Assembly (NCBI GenBank): GCA_028687915.1
Contig: JAQTZF010000001.1
Span: forward strand, 610,634 to 674,633
Length of the DNA: 64,000 nucleotides
Source of the DNA: Candidatus Daviesbacteria bacterium
GTDB lineage: Bacteria; Patescibacteriota; Microgenomatia; Daviesbacterales; UBA10151
Direction of reading: 5' to 3'
Positions 37,938-47,256 of this stretch are shown here, in pieces. Both the position numbers and the translations under genes were made by a program. Position 1 is the stretch's first letter. The number at the start of each line of letters is the position of its first letter. The notes beneath the pieces are model-generated. The model was given only the letters and a program-made list of their open reading frames with translations. It made no database searches and was not told the DNA's origin.

Positions 37938-39759
37938 TTTAATATCACACGCTAATAAAAAACCATGCTACTTCATTTCTCCTCATCTGGATGATGTAGT
38001 CTTGTCATGTAGTGGTTTAATAATGAAGTTAACTGATAAGACTAACATAACAGTTGTAAATATTTTTACTCAGGCTCATTCTGGTCCCTATACCTTATCA
38101 GCAAAAAAGTATTTGAAGAGTTCTGGACACAAAAATGATGCTAATAATTTGTATTTGAGCAGACTTCAAGAAGATGAGTCTGCACTAAATTCACTGAACG
38201 TTAAAAAAATTAACCTAGATTTTACTGATGCCTTATTTAGAAAAAAAATAAAGCAAAGTATATGGGGCAAAATTACTCCGGAATTAGAACATATTTATCC
38301 CACATATCGTTGGAATATATTGGGTAATATATCTAAATCAGATCCTACATTGCAGGAAATTAAAGATCATCTAAAAAAAATAATACCTAAAGACTCTTTA
38401 ATATTTGTTCCTCTTAATATAGCTGGACATGTTGATCATTTAATAGTTCGTGAAGCATGTGAGAGTCTGTTCGACAATATAGTATATTACTCGGAATTTC
38501 CCTACAGTTACCGAAATAAGAAATGTATTGAGAAAGAAAATTATCGGAAATGTGAAGTATTAATAAATTATAATCAAAAGAATAAACTTGTTTCGTGTTA
38601 TAAATCACAAGTCTCAGGTCTTTTTTCATCAGGCATTATGCCAAAACATAATGAGTTATATTTTGAAAACCTTGTTCAATTGAATCAGCAAATTTCTATA
38701 AATATTTACTCTAAACTTTCTTCTGAAATAGAATTTGAGTGGAGAGAGATGTGGAAGAAATCACCCTATGCAAATTATGTAAATGCTCCAGAGTGGTTAT
38801 TGTCTCTTATAGAGAACTTTGATATCAAAGATTATAAAATAATTACAGTACGGAAAAAAGGTAAGTTAACTGCGCTAGCTGTTGTAGTGAAAACACAAAA
38901 AATTGGTTTAAAGGTATATACAATGCTTCCTGAAGATTTTTCACTGGGTATTCCGTTTTTAGTTAATCCAGATGATAAAGTCTCGTTTAAAATGTTATCA
39001 GAACAATTATTAGAAGTTGGTAACATTTTTTTTGAAAACATTCCTGAGCAGTTCATTCAAGATTTGAATAGTAATTTGCGAAAGCAAAATATTATTGAAC
39101 AAGCATTTAACTTCCTTCTACCGCTTATTAAAGATAAAAGCAACCAAGTTGTAATTCCTAATAGGAAAAAGCTTATGCATAAAATTCAGAATATTGAGAA
39201 AGAATTTACCTTAAAATCATTTACCGGAGATAAACCAAATATTTTGAATGTTGTTTTAAAAATTGATAATGAGAGTCAAAAGAAAACAAGGGGATATAAT
39301 ACATTTTCTAATAAAAAAATTATAAAATTTTATCAGTCTTTAGCGAAACATTTCAACAATAATTTTTTAATTAATATTTTATATTATAAAAATAGAGCTA
39401 TTGCATATGAAATAGGTTTTATTATTGGTACTACTTATTTTGGTAACCAACTAGCTTTTAGTGATAAATATAAGCAATACGAGCCTGGAAAAGTTTTATT
39501 ATTTAAACTAATTGAAAATTTAGTATCAATGGGTGTTGAAATATTAGATTTTGGTTCAGGAGATAGTTCTGTAAAAAGATCTCTAACAAAAGATTTTATA
39601 ATTTTATATCAAATTATAATTACTAAGAATATTATTATCGAGAAATACTTTATTGTAATTTATTCTCTTAAAAATTATTTTTATAATTTATTATTTCAAA
39701 GTAATTTACTTTATTCAACATATCGCACTTTTGCAAGAATATTTACATATGAACACTAA
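37930..39759 (+). CDS. PIG-L family deacetylase fused to CelD/BcsL-type GNAT domain
   Basis: SPHLDD, GHVDH, Y.E.PY, Y.SQ; C-terminal YEPGKVL...LDFGSG. Confidence 0.82.
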   Translation: MNDLISHANKKPCYFISPHLDDVVLSCSGLIMKLTDKTNITVVNIFTQAHSGPYTLSAKKYLKSSGHKNDANNLYLSRLQEDESALNSLNVKKINLDFTDALFRKKIKQSIWGKITPELEHIYPTYRWNILGNISKSDPTLQEIKDHLKKIIPKDSLIFVPLNIAGHVDHLIVREACESLFDNIVYYSEFPYSYRNKKCIEKENYRKCEVLINYNQKNKLVSCYKSQVSGLFSSGIMPKHNELYFENLVQLNQQISINIYSKLSSEIEFEWREMWKKSPYANYVNAPEWLLSLIENFDIKDYKIITVRKKGKLTALAVVVKTQKIGLKVYTMLPEDFSLGIPFLVNPDDKVSFKMLSEQLLEVGNIFFENIPEQFIQDLNSNLRKQNIIEQAFNFLLPLIKDKSNQVVIPNRKKLMHKIQNIEKEFTLKSFTGDKPNILNVVLKIDNESQKKTRGYNTFSNKKIIKFYQSLAKHFNNNFLINILYYKNRAIAYEIGFIIGTTYFGNQLAFSDKYKQYEPGKVLLFKLIENLVSMGVEILDFGSGDSSVKRSLTKDFIILYQIIITKNIIIEKYFIVIYSLKNYFYNLLFQSNLLYSTYRTFARIFTYEH

Positions 39760-40822
39760 TAAATATAGAACAGATATTATCACAGAGATAGATGATGACC
39801 TAATAAAGCAGTGGAACAACCTATGGGAAGAAGCGGAGAATTCGACTGTTTTTAATTCTTATCAGTGGTTTGAGGCGTGCCTAAATACATATAATATAGG
39901 AAGTTATGAATTATATGTTTGCTATTATGATAAGAGATTGGTAATGGTATTACCTTTATGTTCATTACGATATGCAGGTATAAAAGTATTGGGTACTATT
40001 TGTAATAATTTTCTTGTTGATACTCCTTTTTTGGCAGAAAAATATGATACTAAATTGATAAAATATTTCTTCGGTGAAATAATGAAAAACAATAATCTAT
40101 TTATTCAAAAAATTGATGATAAGGCATCTTGTCTTATACACAAGCTTTTTCCAGATACATTTTTCTCTTTAATTTCAGTAAATCCTTGTGTGCATATTTC
40201 CGGGGATCCTGTAAGCTTAATGTCTAAATCAGCTCTTAGTAAAATTAGATCTGTAATAAAGAAAAATGACTTTCTTTTTAAGCTTAAAGTTTATGATATT
40301 AAAAGTGATTTAAATCAGTGCCTTAAAATGATGTTTGAAATTGAGCAAAAGAGTTCAAAAAAAATTCACTCAAAAGATATTTTTTCAGAAGAGATAAATA
40401 GAGTCTTTTTTAGTAAATTATCTGAATCTTGTCGTGGGTTTATCAGAACATATGTTCTTTATTATAATAACCAGCCAATTGCATATCAGTTTGGATTTTT
40501 GTATAGAAAAACTTATGCTGCTTATCAAATTGCATATCTTAACGAGTATAGAAAGATATTTCCAGGTAAAATTGTTCTTTTTAAATTAATTGATAGCTTA
40601 ACTCACGAGCCAATAGATATGCTTGATTTTGGAGGTGGAATAAGTTCTTTTAAGCAAGAGTTTACTCCGAATTATCGCTTACTTTATAATATGTTTTATT
40701 CAAAAAACATGCTCATCATGTTGTGGTGGAAGTTTGTAAATTTTGCCAGAAGGGTTAATCAAATACTCTTTCCTATTAAACATACTCGTGATCATGACTT
40801 TTTATTTAAAACGCTTTCTTAA
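39749..40822 (+). CDS. CelD/BcsL-type GNAT acyltransferase
   Basis: W..L....F.S..W; PGKIVL; LDFGGG...FK. Confidence 0.8.
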   Translation: MNTNKYRTDIITEIDDDLIKQWNNLWEEAENSTVFNSYQWFEACLNTYNIGSYELYVCYYDKRLVMVLPLCSLRYAGIKVLGTICNNFLVDTPFLAEKYDTKLIKYFFGEIMKNNNLFIQKIDDKASCLIHKLFPDTFFSLISVNPCVHISGDPVSLMSKSALSKIRSVIKKNDFLFKLKVYDIKSDLNQCLKMMFEIEQKSSKKIHSKDIFSEEINRVFFSKLSESCRGFIRTYVLYYNNQPIAYQFGFLYRKTYAAYQIAYLNEYRKIFPGKIVLFKLIDSLTHEPIDMLDFGGGISSFKQEFTPNYRLLYNMFYSKNMLIMLWWKFVNFARRVNQILFPIKHTRDHDFLFKTLS

Positions 40823-40828
40823 ACTATT

Positions 40829-42388
40829 ATGAAAAAAATATATTTCTTTTACTCATTTATATTATTAATCGCTCTAATTCTTTCTTTAAGAGGTCTTCAG
40901 GGAAATCCAAATGCTTATGACTTAAATCAATCTTCCTGGAAAGAAAACGGTCCATTTGAATTATCTCCTGAAAGAGGGAGGTTCACTTTGCTTTATTCAG
41001 TAATAGAGGATCATTCTTTCTATTTTTCAGACCAATTGGGACAATTTGCCAGGCCTGACGTTGCAGTCTCAAAAGGCAGATATGTTTCTTTGTTTGCGCC
41101 GTTATTATCTTTTATTACAATACCTGGATATATTATTGGAAAATATTTTGGAATAGCCCAAGTTGGTGCATTTGCAATAATTTCCCTCTTTGCTTTTTTC
41201 AACTTTTTATTAATAAGATCAATTTCCATCAGGGTAGGTGCTAATCGGATAGCTGCGCTACTCGGTGCAACTGTTTTTCTTTTTGCTACACCTGCTTTTG
41301 CTTATGCGGTTAATTTATATCAGCATCATATTTCTACATTTCTAATATTAATGAGTATTTACCTGTTGTTGCATTCTAGAAGTGTGTGGTCATTGTTTTT
41401 AGTATTTTTTCTTTGTGCTTTAGCAATTCCTTTGGATTACCCAAACTTATTTTTTCTTTTTCCAATTGGTGTTTATGCTTTAGGCAGAACAATTACAACC
41501 AGGTATCAAGGGAATAATTTTAAAATTAGATTTAATTTTGTTAAATTTATAACTATTTCTGCAATGACTTTACCAATATTATTTTTTCTTTGGTTTAATC
41601 AGGTTTCATACGGTAATGCTTTTCAACTTTCAGGAACACTGCCTTCTGCAAAAAGAGCACCTCTTTCTAAGAATGTTACCTCAAACACTAGTTTAGAGTC
41701 TCAATTTGCGGTGCCAACTCCACCTGTTAATGCTGCAAACAATAAAAGTGCACTTGGGTTTTTTAAAACAAGACAAATGCTGAACGGTTTTTATATCCAA
41801 TTCATTAGCCCTGATAGAGGTATATTGTATTTTTCCCCTGTGATTCTTTTAGGTGTATTGGGTGCTTTTTTAGCATATAAAAGAAAAGTAAAAATGGTAC
41901 CTCTTTTTGTTGCTATTATTGGGGCTAATATTTTGCTTTATTCCATGTGGGGTGATCCCTGGGGCGGTTGGGCTTTTGGTTCCAGATACTTAATTCCATC
42001 CTATGCTATATTATCAATTTTTATTGCGTTGCTTCTTTCTTACTGGCAAAGAAAAATTTGGTTACTTTTGATCTTTATAATTCTCTTTGGATTTTCTGTA
42101 GGTGTGAATACTCTTGGAGCAATTACTTCCAGTGCTAATCCACCAAAGGCAGAAGTTTTAGAATTAGAAAAAGTTTCAGGTTTGGTTCAAAAATATACGT
42201 TCGAAAGAAATTGGGATTTCTTACGAAGCAACAACTCGAAGTCCTTTGTTTTTCAAGTTGCAGCCCGAAAGTATATGTCAGCTGTCCAATATTATGAAAT
42301 TTTAGCTGGATTAATTATTCTTTCTGGTTTATCTCTTACAACTATTCTCTTGATTTCTGGAAGAGTAAAAAGGAAGAACAATAAATGA
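40829..42388 (+). CDS. Polytopic membrane protein, probable GT-C glycosyltransferase
   Basis: Many TMs; SP.RG....SP and WGGWAFGSRYLIP motifs. Confidence 0.65.
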   Translation: MKKIYFFYSFILLIALILSLRGLQGNPNAYDLNQSSWKENGPFELSPERGRFTLLYSVIEDHSFYFSDQLGQFARPDVAVSKGRYVSLFAPLLSFITIPGYIIGKYFGIAQVGAFAIISLFAFFNFLLIRSISIRVGANRIAALLGATVFLFATPAFAYAVNLYQHHISTFLILMSIYLLLHSRSVWSLFLVFFLCALAIPLDYPNLFFLFPIGVYALGRTITTRYQGNNFKIRFNFVKFITISAMTLPILFFLWFNQVSYGNAFQLSGTLPSAKRAPLSKNVTSNTSLESQFAVPTPPVNAANNKSALGFFKTRQMLNGFYIQFISPDRGILYFSPVILLGVLGAFLAYKRKVKMVPLFVAIIGANILLYSMWGDPWGGWAFGSRYLIPSYAILSIFIALLLSYWQRKIWLLLIFIILFGFSVGVNTLGAITSSANPPKAEVLELEKVSGLVQKYTFERNWDFLRSNNSKSFVFQVAARKYMSAVQYYEILAGLIILSGLSLTTILLISGRVKRKNNK

Positions 42389-43998
42389 ATAATTTAAGAT
42401 TTTCAATAAATTTAAAAAATCTACAAAAGGTTGTATCTTTTTTACAAAACAGAGAGATATATATTTACCTGATTGTTTTATCTGTCGTATCTATTGTTAC
42501 TTTTATTATTTATTATACAAATGGTCTAGGGCTCTCCTATAATGATGCAAGATCTCACTTAGATATTGGTAGAAGAGTGGTGGAAGGTTTAAAACCTGGT
42601 TTAGCCCAACTTGGTTCTGTCTGGTTGCCTTTGCCCCATATATTAATGATTCCAACTGTGTGGAATGATTTTATGTGGCATACAGGTCTATCCGGAGCTT
42701 TGGTATCAATGATTTCATTCGTTATAACCGGACTTTTAATTTATAAATTTCTAAAAGAACTTGGTGTTGGAGCAATAGGTAGATTAATTGGTGTATTAAT
42801 TTTTGTGGCTAACCTTAATATTTTGTATTTACAATCAACAGCCATGACAGAGATGCTTCTTTTGGTAACGATGACAGCAACAGTTTATGAACTTTTATTA
42901 TGGTTTAAAAAAGAAAATATTTTAAACTTACTTAAATCAGCTTTTTTTGCAATGCTTTCTACCATGGTGCGCTATGATGGTTGGTTTTTAGTAATGTTTT
43001 GTATAGCTTTAATTTCAATTGAAGTTTACAGAAAAAAAGGATATAAGATTACTGAAGGAGTTGTAATTTTATTTGCTACTTTGGCGGGATTTGGCATTTT
43101 TCTTTGGTTTTTATGGAACCAATTAATTTTTAAAGATGCTTTATATTTTATGTTTGGGCCTTTCTCTGCTCATACACAACAGGAACAGTTAGAAATTGCT
43201 GGAAATTTGGCTACAAAAGGTAACTTATTATTTTCAATTAAAGTTTATCTTTTTGCTATTGCCTATAATTCTAATACCTTTATTGCTCTTTTAGGTTTAA
43301 TTGGTGCATTAATCTTATGGATGGATAAGAGAATTAAGGTTTCTTTAAAAATTGCTACAACTGCATTGATGGCTCCTTTATTTTTTAATATTCTTTCTCT
43401 TTATCTTGGTCAGTCAGTTTTATTTATTCAGGGTTTATCAGGTAACACCTGGTTTAATGTAAGATATGGAATTACTTTAATGCCATCAATAGCTATATTC
43501 ATAGGTTTCCTAGTAGATCGTTTAAAAACTTTAAGAATTGTTACAATTGGACTTCTTCTTTTTGTAATATTCTTCTCATTTACCAGTTTAGATGCAACTA
43601 CTATTGATGACGCAAAAGTAGGTTCTTCTCAAAAAAATGTATCTGAAGTATCTGGCTGGTTAAACAAAAATGCTAAAGATAAACCAGGATTTGTTCTTAT
43701 CTCAGCTGCTTCACATGATGCTATAATCTTCTCATCTGGCTTACCAATGAGTAAATTTATTCATGAAGGTACTGGTGCATATTGGGAAGAAGCAACAACT
43801 AATCCCGGTCACTGGGCAAGGTGGATTATAATGAGAACCTATGATAATCAGGATATGACTTATAGAGCAGTTAGTAAAACTCCGGATTTGATAAAATATA
43901 ACATGGTTGGTAAATATCCTTTTGCTGATATTTATGAATTAAAAGATGACTATTTGCCCTCCTTAATTACCACACCAATCCTGGGAAAACAAAAATAA
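42385..43998 (+). CDS. GT-C (PMT/ArnT-like) glycosyltransferase
   Basis: YNDARSHL, WLPLPH, AMTE, RYDGW, NVRYG; many TMs. Confidence 0.75.
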   Translation: MNNLRFSINLKNLQKVVSFLQNREIYIYLIVLSVVSIVTFIIYYTNGLGLSYNDARSHLDIGRRVVEGLKPGLAQLGSVWLPLPHILMIPTVWNDFMWHTGLSGALVSMISFVITGLLIYKFLKELGVGAIGRLIGVLIFVANLNILYLQSTAMTEMLLLVTMTATVYELLLWFKKENILNLLKSAFFAMLSTMVRYDGWFLVMFCIALISIEVYRKKGYKITEGVVILFATLAGFGIFLWFLWNQLIFKDALYFMFGPFSAHTQQEQLEIAGNLATKGNLLFSIKVYLFAIAYNSNTFIALLGLIGALILWMDKRIKVSLKIATTALMAPLFFNILSLYLGQSVLFIQGLSGNTWFNVRYGITLMPSIAIFIGFLVDRLKTLRIVTIGLLLFVIFFSFTSLDATTIDDAKVGSSQKNVSEVSGWLNKNAKDKPGFVLISAASHDAIIFSSGLPMSKFIHEGTGAYWEEATTNPGHWARWIIMRTYDNQDMTYRAVSKTPDLIKYNMVGKYPFADIYELKDDYLPSLITTPILGKQK

Positions 43999-44002
43999 AC
44001 TA

Positions 44003-44992
44003 ATGAAGCATATTAATCTGATTTTAATTTTCCTGGTAGTTTTGGGTGTAGCACTAATAATATCAATGTATCCTAAATCCTCAATCACCAAGATTTCAAA
44101 ATCAGAAAAACCTGTGTGGACTATTCGTTCCATTGATACGGTAAAGTATTCCCGTGATTTAGCCAGAGAAAAAAACAGCAGTAATACTTTTGATTTAACT
44201 ATTGAAGAACAGGTGAAAAATATTAAGCAAACAGGTGCAACTCATATAGCAATTGGAACACCTTATGACTTTGAATTTTTACCATTTTTAAAAAGATGGG
44301 TAAATATGGCAAGAAAATATCAAATGAAAGTATGGTTTAGAGGTAATTTTTCCGGGTGGGAAGAGTGGTTTGGTTATCAAAGTATAGACAGAAAAACTCA
44401 TTTGCAAAATACAGAAAAGTTTATTTTGGAAAATCCAGATTTATTTGAGAACGGTGATATTTTTACTTCTTGTCCTGAATGCGAAAATGGAGGGACAGGA
44501 GATCCCAGAAAAACAGGGGACGTTGTTGAATTTAGGTCATTCTTAATAGATGAATATGAAATTAGTAATTCTGCTTTCAAAAAAATAAGCAAACAAGTTA
44601 AAGCGGGATATTTTTCTATGAATTATGATGTGGCTAAGTTAGTAATGGATCCTGTTACTACTAATTCAGTAGGTGGAATTGTAGTGATAGATCATTATGT
44701 AGCTACTCCGGAACAACTATCAGCTGATGCAGAAAAAATAGCATTAAGTAGTGGAGGAAAAGTAGTTTTAGGTGAATTTGGGGCACCAATTCCTGATCTA
44801 AATGGTGATATGACAGAGGATGAGCAGGCTGTTTGGATAGATAAAGCTATGAAGAAATTAAGTGAAACTCCTGAAGTAATAGGAGTTAATTATTGGGTTA
44901 ATGTTGGAGGTTCTGCACAGATTTGGGATAGTGAAGGAAACCCTAAAAAAGCTGTAGAAGTAATTAAAAAGTATTATAACTTAACAAGATAA
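44003..44992 (+). CDS. Membrane-anchored TIM-barrel glycoside hydrolase-like protein
   Basis: N-terminal TM; PECENG, IDHY, LGEFG, GVNYW (clan GH-A-like Glu pair). Confidence 0.65.
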   Translation: MKHINLILIFLVVLGVALIISMYPKSSITKISKSEKPVWTIRSIDTVKYSRDLAREKNSSNTFDLTIEEQVKNIKQTGATHIAIGTPYDFEFLPFLKRWVNMARKYQMKVWFRGNFSGWEEWFGYQSIDRKTHLQNTEKFILENPDLFENGDIFTSCPECENGGTGDPRKTGDVVEFRSFLIDEYEISNSAFKKISKQVKAGYFSMNYDVAKLVMDPVTTNSVGGIVVIDHYVATPEQLSADAEKIALSSGGKVVLGEFGAPIPDLNGDMTEDEQAVWIDKAMKKLSETPEVIGVNYWVNVGGSAQIWDSEGNPKKAVEVIKKYYNLTR

Positions 44993-45079
44993 CTCCTAAC
45001 CAATTCTATCTTGCAAATATATCAAACTAGTGCTACTATTCACCCCATAATAATTTATTATCTGCCCAGAGATAATATA

Positions 45080-45655
45080 ATGAAAGCATTCCTTGTAATA
45101 CTACTAACAATATTTAATATAATTTTCAATGTTCACTATGTTTTGGCTGTAGAAGCTCCTAATTTTCCTTCCTGTAACAAACCATCCGGAGTAATAAAAG
45201 TTCAATATAATGAAGGTACTCATGGAATTGCGGGAGATGGTTCAACATACACAGGTAAAGACACTGTTTATGAGTTAGATAGTGATAATTTGCAGCAATG
45301 TTTTTGTTCAACAAGTGGGCAGGGAATTCAAACAAATTGGTGGAGGATTTCTTCTCTGGATGAAAATCAACAAAAAATACTTAGAAATTTAGGGTGGAAA
45401 TATATACCAAATGGGGCTTTATGGGGATTAAAAGACGGTGCATATATGGCACAAAATTCAAACTATACCTGTACCCCAGGTAATTCAGGCGATAATGGTA
45501 CAGGTGGAGGAGAAATTACCCGTGAAGCTGCTTCAGCAGGTCAGGTTTTGGGTTTGGCTTATACAGGAAATAGTATATTTTTATTAATCAGTTTTCTGAC
45601 TGCTGTAATATTTTTATCATTAGGCATTATTTTTCATAAAAAAGCTGGACACTAG
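45080..45655 (+). CDS. Secreted Cys-rich protein with LAxTG sortase signal
   Basis: Signal peptide; GQVLGLAYTG + TM + KK tail. Confidence 0.8.
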   Translation: MKAFLVILLTIFNIIFNVHYVLAVEAPNFPSCNKPSGVIKVQYNEGTHGIAGDGSTYTGKDTVYELDSDNLQQCFCSTSGQGIQTNWWRISSLDENQQKILRNLGWKYIPNGALWGLKDGAYMAQNSNYTCTPGNSGDNGTGGGEITREAASAGQVLGLAYTGNSIFLLISFLTAVIFLSLGIIFHKKAGH

Positions 45656-45660
45656 TCAGT

Positions 45661-46197
45661 ATGAATAAGTGGTGTAAGATCTCTTTTTTCCTGGGATTAA
45701 TTTTCTTATTTTTAACTGTATTTTTTATTCTCCAAAGATATATTCCTTTAACCTTAGCTAAAGATCTATATAATCAACAAAATAATAATGTTTCTTCAAA
45801 CCCTTTACCTCTTGAAATTATAATTCCAAGTATAAATTTAGATTTGCCAGTAATTCCAGCAAAACTTGTGAAAGGGAAATGGGAATTATCATCTTTTGGA
45901 GTATCTTATTTAATAGATTCAGATTCATCTGATATTTTGAGAAGTAATATTTTTTATGGACACAATTGGCCAAATTTACTGGGGAATATTACTAAGCTTC
46001 AATTGGGTGAGAAGATTATAGTGAAGTTTTCAGATGGTTTTATTAAAGAATATAAAATTAGTGCTTTTGAAACTGTTAATCCTGAGGAGGTTAGTATACT
46101 CTTTAATTCTTCAGATAGTAATGAAATTACACTTTATACATGTACAGGATTTTTGGATGGTAAAAGATTTATTGTTAGGGCAATGGTGTTATACTAA
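45661..46197 (+). CDS. Sortase
   Basis: I.IPSI, YGHN, TLYTC, KRFIVRA (His-Cys-Arg triad). Confidence 0.9.
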   Translation: MNKWCKISFFLGLIFLFLTVFFILQRYIPLTLAKDLYNQQNNNVSSNPLPLEIIIPSINLDLPVIPAKLVKGKWELSSFGVSYLIDSDSSDILRSNIFYGHNWPNLLGNITKLQLGEKIIVKFSDGFIKEYKISAFETVNPEEVSILFNSSDSNEITLYTCTGFLDGKRFIVRAMVLY

Positions 46198-46211
46198 AAA
46201 TACCCACCCTA

Positions 46212-46805
46212 ATGAAACTTATAGTTGCCGTTTTACTAGTAGTTATCATAGCTGCCATTTTATTCTTTTTTTATCCGGTCTTGGTTTCTGAATATAACTT
46301 AATAAAATCAGATAATAATGATTTTAAGTCTCAGATTGAGGCAATGGATAAAAGGGTTCGTAATCTTACTCCAGTTGATGATCAGTTTGGAATTGTTATA
46401 AATAAGATAGCAGCAAATGGTAAGATATTAGATTCCTCTGATTTTAAAACAAGATCCATGGAATTTACCCTGGTTAATGGCTTACTTCATCCCTCTGATT
46501 CAGCATATCCAGGTCAGGTTGGTAATATGGTAATTATTTCCCAGGTTTCTGGAGATTGGTATAAATACACTAGATCTAATCCACAATTTTATTTAGATTA
46601 TAAACTTAAACCTAAAGATATAATTCAGATTTTTTATAAAGGAGAGAAGTTTGATTATGAAGTTTTAGACAGTTATACAGTTACTGAAAAACAAATTAAA
46701 GCTTACACGGGTAAATCAGATCGTAAGCTACTAACTATTGTTTCAGGCTGGCCACCAGGGACAGTAATATTTAATTTAGTTATTCAGGCTAAACTAGTTG
46801 AATAA
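46212..46805 (+). CDS. Sortase-fold protein lacking catalytic residues
   Basis: SAYPGQVGN and WPPGT retained; GH becomes SQ, TLxTC becomes TIVSG, Arg absent. Confidence 0.75.
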   Translation: MKLIVAVLLVVIIAAILFFFYPVLVSEYNLIKSDNNDFKSQIEAMDKRVRNLTPVDDQFGIVINKIAANGKILDSSDFKTRSMEFTLVNGLLHPSDSAYPGQVGNMVIISQVSGDWYKYTRSNPQFYLDYKLKPKDIIQIFYKGEKFDYEVLDSYTVTEKQIKAYTGKSDRKLLTIVSGWPPGTVIFNLVIQAKLVE

Positions 46806-46869
46806 AGTATTGTTTGTGCTTATCCAGGTATAAAGAGTACAATTGTATTTGTAGTTTAAATTAAAAAAT

Positions 46870-47160
46870 ATGCATAGTTATACTGAGTTTGAAGGTCAAA
46901 TTGTTATAGATGAAAATGGCGCGCCCGAGAATAATAAGAAACCAAGGCTTTTTAAGGTAATAGAAAATTGTGGTTCTCCTTATTCTAAAACCGTTTACAC
47001 AAAAGAGCTTAATCCATTTGTTGGTTTGGATGGAGAAACTCGTTTTAAACTTACTCCAATTTCAGGTCCCAGTATTGTAGAAGCCGTTTTTAAAAGAGCT
47101 CAGGAAATTTATTATCATCCCCATCTTAGTATGTTGTGGGATATCTTTCCTAAGCTCTAA
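46870..47160 (+). CDS. Hypothetical protein
   Basis: 96-aa ORF filling the gap before uvrA. Confidence 0.5.
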   Translation: MHSYTEFEGQIVIDENGAPENNKKPRLFKVIENCGSPYSKTVYTKELNPFVGLDGETRFKLTPISGPSIVEAVFKRAQEIYYHPHLSMLWDIFPKL

Positions 47161-47219
47161 TAAGTTCTTCCTGCCCCCTTTTAAAATATCCCTAAAACTG
47201 TTAGAATAGATTGGTTCTT

Positions 47220-47235
47220 TTCGGGAAAACTTCGT
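47220..47235 (+). promoter_or_regulatory. Candidate LexA box upstream of uvrA
   Basis: TTCGGG-AAAAC-TTCGT between TAGAAT -10 and SD AAGGAG. Confidence 0.6.
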
Positions 47236-47256
47236 TCTTAAAAAGGAGTAAAAAAT

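Noticed and set aside
30795-47179. CCTGCCCCCT upstream of both the GT fusion and uvrA
   Set aside because: Two short matches before unrelated genes; chance cannot be excluded.
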